DNA of 64,000 nucleotides from an uncultured Thiomicrospira sp. GTDB taxonomy: Bacteria > Pseudomonadota > Gammaproteobacteria > CAKMZV01. The DNA lies in NCBI GenBank assembly GCA_965195345.1, contig OZ239628.1, positions 192,001-256,000 on the forward strand. The letters are read 5' to 3'. The position numbers and the translations under genes are program-made. Under the pieces are notes generated by a model. It ran no database searches. It saw only the letters and a list, made by a program, of their open reading frames with translations, and was not told where the DNA came from. Below, in pieces: positions 31,475 through 41,276 of the stretch; positions within the stretch are counted from its first letter, which is position 1, and every line of letters starts with the position of its first letter.

Positions 31475-32356
31475 ATGTTTGAAACCATATTAATTATCGT
31501 CTCTCCTGTTTTCGGAGTCATACTCCTTGGCTTTCTATCCGCTCAATTCATGGGTTTTCGTTCCAAAGAAATTCAAATATTAAATCGAGTAAACCTATAC
31601 GTTTTATTACCCCTTTTTATTTTTGTCTCACTACAAGAAAAGCCCATCGAAGTCTCGCAAAACCTACTGCTCATTTTTGCTGGAAGCGCAATATTAATCT
31701 TGCGTGGGGCACTCACAATCCCTGTTCTTAAATGGCTTGGCAATCATCGACTCATCTTGCCACCCATGATGTTTAATAACTCTGGAAATATGGGGCTTCC
31801 TATCCTGTTACTGGCTTTCGGTGAGGACGCTCTCATTGGTGCGGTCTTGTTATTTCTCATAGAGAATACTTTGCATTTTTCACTCGGCCAAGCAATTATG
31901 TCGGGCAAAACAAACTTCAAAACGGCTTTATTAAACCCGATGATTTTGGCCGCCGTCGCTGGAATTATTTTTAACGTCTTCGCCCTGCAGTTACCCGAAT
32001 TTATTCTTCTTCCATTCTCCTTTGCAAGTGAGGCCGCGATTCCTCTTCTTCTGTTTTCACTGGGCGTGAAAATGTGTGATTTAAATCTTGATCATTTTAC
32101 TTTGGGCATTAAAACATCTCTTTTGGTGCCTCTCGTTGGTCTCATTAGCTACTTGCTATTGCAGTCCTCGAATCTACCCCTGAATACTCTTGAATGGAAA
32201 ATGCTTTTAATTTATGCCGTCTTGCCCCCAGCTCTATTAAATTATCTGATGGCAGAAAACCTTCAGATTGAGCCAGACAAAATGGCTGCAATTGTGCTGT
32301 ATGGAAATGCATCCGCCGTGTTAATAATCCCTATTGCTCTATCTTTTGTTCTTTAA
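31475..32356 (+). CDS. AEC (auxin efflux carrier) family transporter
   Basis: About 10 TMs, FNNSGNMGLP and AIPLLLFSLG motifs. Confidence 0.88.
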   Translation: MFETILIIVSPVFGVILLGFLSAQFMGFRSKEIQILNRVNLYVLLPLFIFVSLQEKPIEVSQNLLLIFAGSAILILRGALTIPVLKWLGNHRLILPPMMFNNSGNMGLPILLLAFGEDALIGAVLLFLIENTLHFSLGQAIMSGKTNFKTALLNPMILAAVAGIIFNVFALQLPEFILLPFSFASEAAIPLLLFSLGVKMCDLNLDHFTLGIKTSLLVPLVGLISYLLLQSSNLPLNTLEWKMLLIYAVLPPALLNYLMAENLQIEPDKMAAIVLYGNASAVLIIPIALSFVL

Positions 32357-32502
32357 ATGATCAATAATAATCCGTTTCTGCCAAAGGTTCTCGGTGATAA
32401 CACCAGCATGATACAATCGAATTCGATGGACCGCTATCACTCAAACAATCAAAAGCATAATCACTGCTTTTCTTCTTTTGCCACCCAAACACCCTAAGAA
32501 TC

Positions 32503-33240
32503 ATGTCTCTTTTAGTAGAAAAGAATACCAAAAATATACCCACCTGTGATCGCCTCATTGTCGCGCTTGATGTGGGAACAAACGCCGAAGCCAAAGCATT
32601 AGTTGAATCACTTGGGGAAACCGTCACTTTTTATAAACTTGGGTTGCAAATCTTTATGGGCGGAGAGTATTTTGAATTGATTGAATGGCTCACGGAAAAA
32701 GGGAAGAGGGTATTCGTCGACTTAAAGTTTTTTGATGTGCCTGAAACAGTAAAGCTCGCTGTGCGTGAGCTCGGGAAGTGTGGCGCAACATTCGCAACAG
32801 TTCATGGAAATGATGCTATATTGAAAGCCGCAGTATCTGAAAAAAAGGGAATTAAAATCCTTGCCGTTACCGCTTTAACAAGCCTTGATAATTCAGACCT
32901 TAAAGATTTAGGCTTTCAGGTTAATGTTAAGGATTTGGTGTTATCGCGAGCGCGCAGAGCGGAGGAATTAGGTTGTGATGGCGTTATTTCATCGGGTCTT
33001 GAGGCATCTGCCTTGCGTGAAATAACAGCAACATCATTTATCATTATCACGCCAGGAATAAGACCCTTCTTAAACTCTGATGACCAAAAAAGAACGGTTG
33101 ATGTCGAAGAAGCCTTCCTCAATGGCGCGGACTACATAGTCGTTGGAAGACCAATTAAAGAACATCATGGTTTTGATTCCAGCAAGTCTGCCGCTGCAGA
33201 TATTCAAAGAAGAATAGCCGATCTATTTACTGCATCTTAA
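32503..33240 (+). CDS. pyrF: Orotidine-5'-phosphate decarboxylase
   Basis: LIVALD, DLKFFDVPETV, TPGIRP, DDQKR and VVGRPI motifs. Confidence 0.97.
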   Translation: MSLLVEKNTKNIPTCDRLIVALDVGTNAEAKALVESLGETVTFYKLGLQIFMGGEYFELIEWLTEKGKRVFVDLKFFDVPETVKLAVRELGKCGATFATVHGNDAILKAAVSEKKGIKILAVTALTSLDNSDLKDLGFQVNVKDLVLSRARRAEELGCDGVISSGLEASALREITATSFIIITPGIRPFLNSDDQKRTVDVEEAFLNGADYIVVGRPIKEHHGFDSSKSAAADIQRRIADLFTAS

Positions 33241-34392
33241 ATGCACAGCCAGCCAAACTAAGGACAGCACCGCGCAGCCAATAAAAACGCTGTTGCTGCT
33301 GAATAGCGAAATCAGCCCCCCTCCAAGCACACCTCCACAAAAGGCACCAAGAAATTGAGCGGATGAGTACACGCCCATCGCTGTCCCACGCATTGATGTA
33401 TCAACCTTTCGACTAATCAGAGCCGGTAATAAAGCCTCTAATGTATTAAATCCCCCGAAATAAACAGCAAGCATTGCAGCAAGCACCCAAAACTGATCGT
33501 CTAAAAATGACATCGCCAGCATCGACACAAAAATCATCAATATCGCCAAGGGGTAAACCACCCCTGTTTTTTTATGCTTCTCCGCCATAATAACCATTGG
33601 AAGCATAATGAGTAAGGAGGTGAGTACCACCCCAAAATAAACCGACCCATGCTGTTCAATGCCAACCCCCGTGCGCACCAAGACAAGAGGAACTGCGACA
33701 AATAATGCCGTCATAATTGCATGCAATGAAAAAACACCAAAGTCGATTTGTGCTAACTGGGGATTTTTAAGTGTTGCAAAAAAACTTTCTCGTGTAACTT
33801 GCCTGCTATTGCTAAGGACTCTGGGAGACGGCACGCTCAGCAGCAGCAAAAATCCACATAAAGCTAAAATTGCCGTAAGCCAGAAAATTCCAGGAACGCT
33901 GATGCTCTGATACAAAATCGGCCCCAACAATAAAGATAAGAAAAAGGCAGACCCGATGCTCATCCCAACGACCGCCATTGCTCTAACCCTTCGGTCACCT
34001 GGAATCAAGTCTGCCACTAAAGCAAGTAGTACAGAGGCTACAGCACCCGCCCCCTGTAAGGCGCGACCGATTATAACCGTTACAATATCATCTGCAAGAG
34101 CAGCAAGAATTGATCCAATAGCAAAAATAAGCAAACCCACACCAATCATTATTTTACGACCATAACGGTCGGATAAAATCCCAAAAGGAATTTGCAGACC
34201 CGCTTGCGTTAATCCATAAATACCCATCGCAAGCCCAATCATCCAACCACTTACCTCCCCGTAAGCCCCTCCTTGAGCATACAGGGTAAAAACAGGTAAT
34301 ATCATAAATAATCCAAGCATTCTCAAGGCAAAAATACCCGAAATGCTCAAAGTAACCCGTATTTCTTGTGAACCTGTGAGGGGATTATTCAT
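33223..34392 (-). CDS. MFS transporter (YajR-like)
   Basis: LRMLGLFMILPV, GLTQA.LQIPFG.LSDRYGRK and A.G.YSS.QFLG motifs. Confidence 0.9.
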   Translation of the reverse strand: MNNPLTGSQEIRVTLSISGIFALRMLGLFMILPVFTLYAQGGAYGEVSGWMIGLAMGIYGLTQAGLQIPFGILSDRYGRKIMIGVGLLIFAIGSILAALADDIVTVIIGRALQGAGAVASVLLALVADLIPGDRRVRAMAVVGMSIGSAFFLSLLLGPILYQSISVPGIFWLTAILALCGFLLLLSVPSPRVLSNSRQVTRESFFATLKNPQLAQIDFGVFSLHAIMTALFVAVPLVLVRTGVGIEQHGSVYFGVVLTSLLIMLPMVIMAEKHKKTGVVYPLAILMIFVSMLAMSFLDDQFWVLAAMLAVYFGGFNTLEALLPALISRKVDTSMRGTAMGVYSSAQFLGAFCGGVLGGGLISLFSSNSVFIGCAVLSLVWLAVHLRCSK

Positions 34393-34441
34393 TACAATGC
34401 AGGGTGGTCTTTATAAATTCTATTCATGTGGTCATTGTAAT

Positions 34442-35374
34442 ATGTTCTCATCACTTTCAGTAGACATAGCATCAATGAAGTGGCGCTCGCCTCTTTGTGT
34501 TTCTTCGGGTAATGGCGGCTTTGCTCACGAACTATCTCGGATAAATGGCTTCCCTTTCGATGCGTTAGGTGCCATTTGCCTCAAAGGAACAACCAAGGAT
34601 CCCAAAGCAGGGAACCCCGAGCCTCGTGTTTGGGAGACGGCCTGTGGATTAATCAACTCTGTTGGATTGGAAAACCCTGGTGTTGAAGAAGTAATAGAAA
34701 ACATCCTCCCTCAAACAAAAAGTTTGAGCGACAATCTAAATATTATTGCCAATGTCTGTGGATACAGCGTGGAAGAGTATGCCTATATCACCCAACAATT
34801 CGATACGTCAAGCGTTCGCGCCATTGAGATAAATATTTCTTGTCCCAATGTAAAAGGAGGTGGCGCTGTTTTTGGCAATGATCCCGTTTTGGCAGCCGAA
34901 GTTATCAGCGCTTGTCGCAACAGTACCAGCAAACCGTTGATTGCCAAGCTGTCTCCAAACCAAACGGACATCGCTCAATGCGCCAAACAATGCATTGAAG
35001 CGGGCGCGGATGTTATTTCAGCTGTTAACACCTTTTCAGGCATGGCTATCGACATTAACCAACGCAAAGCGACCCTTGGGGGGAAAAGCGGTGGCGTTTC
35101 GGGCTCTGCAATTAAGCCCCTCGCTCTGCTGCGTGTTCACGAGGTTTGGCAAATCGCGAGAGAGTTTGACGTTCCCGTTATCGGAATGGGAGGAATAAAG
35201 AGTGCTGAAGACGTCATTGCTTTTTTTATGGCGGGTGCCTCTGCCTGCGGCATCGGCTCTGCATTGGCTGGCGATACACAATTACCGTTAAAAATCGTTA
35301 AAGACTTGCGAAAATGGTTGAAAAAGCACGGAATTTCTCATATAAGTGAATTAACAGGATCGCTAACTATTTAA
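34442..35374 (+). CDS. pyrD: Dihydroorotate dehydrogenase, class 1 (1B-like)
   Basis: GNP.PR, NSVGLENPG, EINISCPNV, KLSPN and GGVSG.AIKP motifs. Confidence 0.92.
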   Translation: MFSSLSVDIASMKWRSPLCVSSGNGGFAHELSRINGFPFDALGAICLKGTTKDPKAGNPEPRVWETACGLINSVGLENPGVEEVIENILPQTKSLSDNLNIIANVCGYSVEEYAYITQQFDTSSVRAIEINISCPNVKGGGAVFGNDPVLAAEVISACRNSTSKPLIAKLSPNQTDIAQCAKQCIEAGADVISAVNTFSGMAIDINQRKATLGGKSGGVSGSAIKPLALLRVHEVWQIAREFDVPVIGMGGIKSAEDVIAFFMAGASACGIGSALAGDTQLPLKIVKDLRKWLKKHGISHISELTGSLTI

Positions 35375-35458
35375 TCGTTCTCGCTTCTTTTTATCTCTTC
35401 TATCAATGTTGCCCTTGTCTTTCTTGTGGATGTTTCATCGCCTAACCCATTTATCACT

Positions 35459-36391
35459 TTATACTTTAAAGCCCTCTTCTGTAAACTGTCCGCTTTTTCC
35501 AACCCTCGCATCTAAATGCCAATTTTCAACCGCCCAGCTTAAAATCTCATCAACGGATGTGAAAAATAAATCTTGGGGTGGGTTTTGTTGCAAAAACTGC
35601 AACCCTTTGACTAAGTTTGATCGAACATCGTTCGTGCCGTTTTGTATCGGGGGCGCAAAACTTTGCTTACTTAATTTGTTTCCTTCGTCTCCAAGCACCA
35701 CACCTATATGCGCATAACAAGGAGGTTGCTGGTCAAAGCATTGCATGAGGAATATTTGTCTGCCTGTCGTTTCCATTAGGTCGACTCCTCGCACGACTGT
35801 TGTTATTTTTTGCAGAACATCGTCGACACTTACGGCTAACTGATAAGAAAAAAAACCATTTTTTCTACGCACAATAAAATCGCCATCTTTTGATAAATCA
35901 AAGCATGTCTTTCCTTGTACACCATCGTCCCAGCAAACCTTTTGGTCTGCAATAACTCTTGTCGCTGAAGGTTCTTGTACGCGCGATAAATCACGACATC
36001 GATTGTCGTAATGTTTCGCTATCCCCTGTAGCCGCTTGCGAGGACAGTCACAAGGGTACGTGAGAGATCGATCTTGCAGGCTTTGCAGAAAGTCGATATA
36101 TATGTTTGTCCTCGCGCTTTGATAAAGCACATCACCATCCCATTGAAGTCCATGGGCATCTAAAGCAAATAGAATATCATCCTTGGCTTCGGGTGGCTCC
36201 CGTGGCGGATCAATGTCTTCTATTCTAAGGTGCCAATAACCATTTTTTGATCGCGCATCAAGAAAGCTTGCCAAGGCTGTTACCAATGACCCAAAATGAA
36301 GGGGTCCTGTGGGAGATGGCGCAAATCGCCCCACGTATTTTTTACTGTCTTTTTCTGTGTTTTTTTCACTTACTGCGTTCTTCATTGCCAC
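35459..36391 (-). CDS. gluQ: tRNA glutamyl-Q(34) synthetase
   Basis: GRFAPSPTGPLHFGSL, RIEDIDPPRE and KLSKQ motifs. No anticodon-binding domain. Confidence 0.95.
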   Translation of the reverse strand: MAMKNAVSEKNTEKDSKKYVGRFAPSPTGPLHFGSLVTALASFLDARSKNGYWHLRIEDIDPPREPPEAKDDILFALDAHGLQWDGDVLYQSARTNIYIDFLQSLQDRSLTYPCDCPRKRLQGIAKHYDNRCRDLSRVQEPSATRVIADQKVCWDDGVQGKTCFDLSKDGDFIVRRKNGFFSYQLAVSVDDVLQKITTVVRGVDLMETTGRQIFLMQCFDQQPPCYAHIGVVLGDEGNKLSKQSFAPPIQNGTNDVRSNLVKGLQFLQQNPPQDLFFTSVDEILSWAVENWHLDARVGKSGQFTEEGFKV

Positions 36392-36546
36392 TATATCCTG
36401 CTTTTTCTTGAAATAAATTCCTCAGATGAAAATTTGGTTTTTTTCTCGCTCTAAAGATAGAATACACCCTCTCACTTTAAGCTTAGAAGACTTACGAATA
36501 ACAAAAATCTTTCTTTTATAACTTCTTTTTTTCCAAAGGATTTAGT

Positions 36547-37905
36547 ATGCCCAAACACTCTGCTATTATTCTCGCCGCCGGTAAGGGGTCAAGAATGTGT
36601 TCATCAAAACCAAAAGTTCTCCATGAGCTTGCCGGGAAATCGCTGTTGGGGCGCGTTATTAGCACTGCGCACTCAACATGCGACGACCTTGTGGTGGTTT
36701 ATGGAAAAGAAAGCGAATCTATTTGTTCTCTTTTTTCCAATACGTCATGTACCTTTGCTTTTCAAAAAGAACAGCTCGGCACAGGCCATGCAGTGAAGTC
36801 AGGGCTTCCCTCCGCTCAAGGTGATTTTATTATCATTCTTTATGGAGATGTTCCTCTTATTGAGAAAGAAACAATAAATGAAATTAAACAAAAACTCGAA
36901 TCCGTTGATTTGGTTTTTTTAACGGCTGTTGTTGATAACCCGACGGGTTATGGGCGGATATTACGCAACTTTGCTGGTAACCTCATGGAAATTGTAGAAG
37001 AAAGAGACGCCAACGAAAAACAACGAGAAATCAACGAAGTTAATACAGGTGTGCTTGCTGTCCGTAAAAGCCTTCTTGCAAAGTGGCTGGATAAACTTAA
37101 CGTTGGCAACACTCAAAATGAATATTATCTCACCGATATCTTAGCGTTAGCCGTTGCTGATAATGCAAAAACTGATTCTGTTGAATGCAAAGATATTAGT
37201 GAGGTTGCTGGGGTCAATGATTTAATCCAGCTCGCAGCTCTTGAAAGAGTCTTTCAGAGGAGAGAGGCAAAAAAACAATGTCTAAAAGGGGTCTCGATTA
37301 AAGATATTGATCGCGTTGATTTTCGTGGAGACATTCTTATTGGGAGGGATACGCAGGTTGATATAAATGTTGTTTTTTCGGGAAAAGTATCAATCGGGAG
37401 TAATTGTTTTATTGGGGCTGGGTCCGTGATATCAGACACCACTATCGGCAATGATGTTGTGATCAAGCCTTTTAGCATCGTTGAGAGCTCTGTTATTCGA
37501 GACAATACCTTTGTGGGTCCCTTTGCAAGAATCCGCCCTGAAACAGAACTCGGTGAAGGTGTGCATATTGGTAACTTTGTTGAGATTAAAAAGTCAACCG
37601 TTAAAAAAGGAACAAAAATCAACCACTTAACTTATATAGGCGATGCGTCCATTGGGCAATCGGTTAATATCGGCGCTGGTGTTATTACATGTAATTATGA
37701 TGGTGTAAATAAGCACAAGACGACAATTGAAGATGGTGTTTTTGTTGGCTCGGGATCCCAAATAGTTGCTCCAGTAACCATTGGAGAAAATGCGACAGTT
37801 GGTGCTGGATCGGTTATCGTTAAGACTGTACCAGCCGATAAGCTAAGCCTTTCCAGATCTCAACAAAGAACCATTACCGAGTGGTCAAAACCTGAAAAGA
37901 CCTAA
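36547..37905 (+). CDS. glmU: Bifunctional GlmU
   Basis: LAAGKGSRM, QLGTGHAV, EYYLTD, hexapeptide repeats and CNYDG. Confidence 0.98.
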   Translation: MPKHSAIILAAGKGSRMCSSKPKVLHELAGKSLLGRVISTAHSTCDDLVVVYGKESESICSLFSNTSCTFAFQKEQLGTGHAVKSGLPSAQGDFIIILYGDVPLIEKETINEIKQKLESVDLVFLTAVVDNPTGYGRILRNFAGNLMEIVEERDANEKQREINEVNTGVLAVRKSLLAKWLDKLNVGNTQNEYYLTDILALAVADNAKTDSVECKDISEVAGVNDLIQLAALERVFQRREAKKQCLKGVSIKDIDRVDFRGDILIGRDTQVDINVVFSGKVSIGSNCFIGAGSVISDTTIGNDVVIKPFSIVESSVIRDNTFVGPFARIRPETELGEGVHIGNFVEIKKSTVKKGTKINHLTYIGDASIGQSVNIGAGVITCNYDGVNKHKTTIEDGVFVGSGSQIVAPVTIGENATVGAGSVIVKTVPADKLSLSRSQQRTITEWSKPEKT

Positions 37906-37912
37906 CCCTTAA

Positions 37913-39877
37913 GTGACTGATAATAACCTTCTTGATGGGTTAAACCCCCAGCAAATTGAAGCTGTTATTAACGTGGACTCGCCTCTTCGTGTAATTGCGG
38001 GTGCAGGCAGCGGAAAAACAAAAGTTATTGTGCAAAAGATAACGCATTTGATTAATCTTGGTTTCTCTCCTCGCAGTCTTGTTGCAATCACCTTCACAAA
38101 TAAAGCGGCTCAAGAAATGTCAATAAGGCTTAATGAGCAACTCCCAAAAGACCTGGTTCAACACATAAAAATATCAACCTTCCATGCTTTGGGGTTGAAC
38201 ATAATCCAATCCTCCCTTTTATCTTTTGACCTGCGTCCAAATTTTTCATTGTTAAATGATTTAGACTCCAAAAACCTCATAAAAGATATTGTCGGAGGTC
38301 ACAAGTCTGATTGGCTGAAGATAATTATTTCGCGAATAGATCAATGGAAAAATGGAGGAATCCATCCGCAGCAGTCTTTGGAGCTGGCTGAAAATGAAAT
38401 TGAGACTTCCGCAGCTCTCAGTTTTTTTGAATACGAGAGACAAAAGACCAAATTAAATATGCTTGACTTCTCTGACTTGCTATTAAAACCCTTGGCATTT
38501 TTGCAATCAAACAACCCCGACGCTGACGCTTGGAGAAGGCGATTTCAATATTTACTTATTGATGAATATCAAGACACAAATCGCATACAAAACGAATTAT
38601 TCTGCTGTCTTGCGGATAAAAGTAAACGATTTACCATTGTAGGAGATGCTGATCAATCAATATATTCTTGGCGGGGTGCCCTGCCTGAAAACATGACTGA
38701 AATTGAAGTACAGTTCCCTGAAATAAAGACGATTGTCTTGTCTCAGAATTATCGTTCAACCAATAATATTTTACTTTCTGCAAACCGCTTAATCAGCTCT
38801 TTATCATCTGATACCAGCAAGAAACTTTGGTCTCGTCTTGGAGATGGTCAGGAAGTAACTGTGCTTCCTTGCCACAATGACAGAGATGAAGCAAATAAAG
38901 TTTTAGAGCAAATAAGGAATGAAAGAGTCTCTCAACGAGCCGATTGGAGTAATTTTTGTATTATGTATCGATCAAACTGGCAAGGAGAGCAGTTTGAGCA
39001 AATACTAAGGCAATCGCATATCCCCTACACTGTTAGTGGCGCTAAATCGTTTTTTGACCGTTCTGAGATTAAAGATTTGATGGCCTACTTGCAACTTGTG
39101 GCCAATACATCAAACGATCAGTCTTTTCTAAGAATTATAAATAAGCCAGTAAGAAAAATCGGGAGTAAAAGTATTGAAAAGCTCGTGGACATCTCCAAAG
39201 AGAAAAATATTCCTCTTTTTGATGCTATTCCTTGGGTGAAAAAGACTGATTTTCCAGATTCAACATGGCGTTCTTTGCATTTTTTTTCAGATTGGATTCA
39301 ATCATTAGCACGCCACTCACCATTAGAAGTTTTTGATCTTCTTGTGAAAGATATTGATTATAAATCTTGGTTGGAGTTGAAAGCCGACTCACCAACGTCA
39401 GCAGAAAAGCAATGGAAAAGAGTTTCTTCTTTTAGGACGTGGATGTCTAATATTATTGGTGAGTCCGATGACATTTCCCTTTCAAGTCTTCTTTTTAAAT
39501 TGCAACTAAGCGAAAATTTTGTTGCTGAAGTCATCGGCGGAACACTTTCTCTAACAACCATACACGCTGCAAAGGGTTTGGAGTTTAGCAATGTTTTTTT
39601 GTGTGGTTTTGAAGATGGTCTACTTCCTCATAAAAACAGCACTTCAAAAACTGCCTTAGAGGAAGAGGTTCGCCTTGCTTATGTTGCAATAACAAGAGCA
39701 AAGCGGAACCTTACAATTAGCTATGCAAAGACGCGCTCGCAAGGGGGAAAGATGTACAAAACGAAACCGAGTCGTTTTCTCACTTTGATTGCTGATTCAA
39801 AGCAGGAAGAAGCTATTACCAGTCCCATAACCCCTGACAAGATGTTTCGACAGCTCCGAGACATGCTTTCAGAGTAA
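37913..39877 (+). CDS. rep: UvrD/Rep SF1 helicase (Rep-like)
   Basis: AGAGSGKT, TFTNKAA, STFH.LGL.I, DEYQD, QNYRS, H.AKGLEF and YVAITRA motifs. No UvrD C-terminal extension. Confidence 0.8.
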   Translation: MTDNNLLDGLNPQQIEAVINVDSPLRVIAGAGSGKTKVIVQKITHLINLGFSPRSLVAITFTNKAAQEMSIRLNEQLPKDLVQHIKISTFHALGLNIIQSSLLSFDLRPNFSLLNDLDSKNLIKDIVGGHKSDWLKIIISRIDQWKNGGIHPQQSLELAENEIETSAALSFFEYERQKTKLNMLDFSDLLLKPLAFLQSNNPDADAWRRRFQYLLIDEYQDTNRIQNELFCCLADKSKRFTIVGDADQSIYSWRGALPENMTEIEVQFPEIKTIVLSQNYRSTNNILLSANRLISSLSSDTSKKLWSRLGDGQEVTVLPCHNDRDEANKVLEQIRNERVSQRADWSNFCIMYRSNWQGEQFEQILRQSHIPYTVSGAKSFFDRSEIKDLMAYLQLVANTSNDQSFLRIINKPVRKIGSKSIEKLVDISKEKNIPLFDAIPWVKKTDFPDSTWRSLHFFSDWIQSLARHSPLEVFDLLVKDIDYKSWLELKADSPTSAEKQWKRVSSFRTWMSNIIGESDDISLSSLLFKLQLSENFVAEVIGGTLSLTTIHAAKGLEFSNVFLCGFEDGLLPHKNSTSKTALEEEVRLAYVAITRAKRNLTISYAKTRSQGGKMYKTKPSRFLTLIADSKQEEAITSPITPDKMFRQLRDMLSE

Positions 39878-39900
39878 AATGCCTCTTTTAGTATCTCCTT

Positions 39901-39977
39901 GCGCCTGTAGCTCAGCTGGATAGAGCACCAGCCTCCGAAGCTGGTGGTCGGACGTTCGAATCGTCTCAGGCGCGCCA
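39901..39977 (+). tRNA. tRNA-Arg(CCG)
   Basis: Cloverleaf with anticodon arm CCAGC-CT-CCG-AA-GCTGG, TTCGAAT T-loop and encoded CCA. Confidence 0.97.
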
Positions 39978-39978
39978 A

Positions 39979-40719
39979 TCAACCATCAGGAAAAAAATCA
40001 TTAAAAGGATCTTCTTTCTCCTTTTTATCCTCTATTCCTAAAAAGCGGCTTCTATTCTGATAGTAAAGGTTTTTTGTGAACGAGTATCTTGCTTCTGGGT
40101 CACGAGGTAAGAGCCGATCGACAGCTAAAAACTCGCTTCTTATGGAAATAACATTTAGCACTCTTCCTGCTGTGTAATAATCAGAATCTCTCCCTATTGA
40201 AAACAGAGCAGAGTCATACTGACGCCCAATGTGGTCCCTTAGAGATGCCCCTCCAAAAAAAGGAAGTACAACGTAAGGACCTGAAGAAAACCCGTACTGA
40301 TAGAGCGTTTCTCCGAGATCTGTATTTTCAGCGGGAATTCCTAATTCAGAAGCCACGTCAAAAAAACCTAAACCTCCTATTGATGTGTTCGTCAGGAAAC
40401 GGGAAACGGTCGTGACAGAGTTATCAATCTCTCCTTGCAAAAGATGATTTGATGCATTCGAAAATTCAGAAAGATTAGAAAAAAAGTCCGACACTCTCGA
40501 TCTTAAGAAAGGAGGAACTGCCCACGAATAGGCACTCGCTAAAGGGCGTAGGAGATATTTATCAATAGTGAAATTTATATCTGTGACTGTCTTGTTGTAT
40601 CCTTTCAGAGGGTCTTCTTCATTAAAATCATTCTCGCTTGCTTTTAATGGCAATATAACTATACAACTTATTATTAAAGATAAGCAGGTGTAGTAGTAAA
40701 GCTTCTTTTTCTGAATCAT
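39979..40719 (-). CDS. mlaA: MlaA/VacJ family lipoprotein
   Basis: DPL..YN, NFTIDKY.LRP, RF..NT.IG..G.FDVA and GPYVVLPFFG..S.RD motifs. Confidence 0.92.
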   Translation of the reverse strand: MIQKKKLYYYTCLSLIISCIVILPLKASENDFNEEDPLKGYNKTVTDINFTIDKYLLRPLASAYSWAVPPFLRSRVSDFFSNLSEFSNASNHLLQGEIDNSVTTVSRFLTNTSIGGLGFFDVASELGIPAENTDLGETLYQYGFSSGPYVVLPFFGGASLRDHIGRQYDSALFSIGRDSDYYTAGRVLNVISIRSEFLAVDRLLPRDPEARYSFTKNLYYQNRSRFLGIEDKKEKEDPFNDFFPDG

Positions 40720-40865
40720 TTTTTTTATTCGTTTTATATCATGATGATACGTTTTAAAACAGCCTTTACTTCTTCTTATTATGTTGTTTATTCATGGGGA
40801 TAGAATCTGTATAAGACGAAGTTCCCTAAAAAAAGGATTGTTCATTTTACGGGTTGTCGCTGAAG

Positions 40866-41246
40866 TTATTCTTTCTCTTTAAATGTTAGGCTTGCGGAGT
40901 TTATACAATATCTAAGCCCCGTTGGCTTGGGTCCATCCGTAAAAACATGCCCGAGATGTGCATCGCATTTTGCGCATTTAACTTCTGTCCGACCCATTCC
41001 AAGAGAGAAATCTGCCAGCTCTTTTATGCACATTTTGCTAACAGGTTTCCAGAAACTTGGCCAGCCTGATCCTGAGTCGTATTTCTCTGTCGACTGAAAA
41101 AGTTTTTCTTCGCAGCAAACACAGAGGTAGTCTCCAACACCCTTAAAATCATGGAATGCATTGCTGAACGGAGACTCTGTTCCTCCTTCTCTTGCTACGC
41201 GGTATTGCTGAGGAGTTAACTTTGATTTCCAACTATAATTATCCAT
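40866..41246 (-). CDS. msrB: Methionine-R-sulfoxide reductase
   Basis: [25 protein letters not shown] and RYCINS motifs. GGAGGA RBS precedes ATG 41246. Confidence 0.97.
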   Translation of the reverse strand: MDNYSWKSKLTPQQYRVAREGGTESPFSNAFHDFKGVGDYLCVCCEEKLFQSTEKYDSGSGWPSFWKPVSKMCIKELADFSLGMGRTEVKCAKCDAHLGHVFTDGPKPTGLRYCINSASLTFKEKE

Positions 41247-41276
41247 GTCCGATTCCTCCGTAAAAATATTCTTTGA

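Noticed and set aside
32357-32500. Short ORFs between the AEC transporter and pyrF
   Set aside because: No recognisable motif or RBS, so neither a gene nor a pseudogene call is supported.
39721-39978. ORF 39721-39978, and similarly 62145-62351 and 62345-62566
   Set aside because: They overlap clear tRNA genes.
40776-40790. TTATTATGTTG as a dif XerD arm
   Set aside because: Incomplete match with no XerC arm, and the skew direction would fit an origin rather than a terminus.
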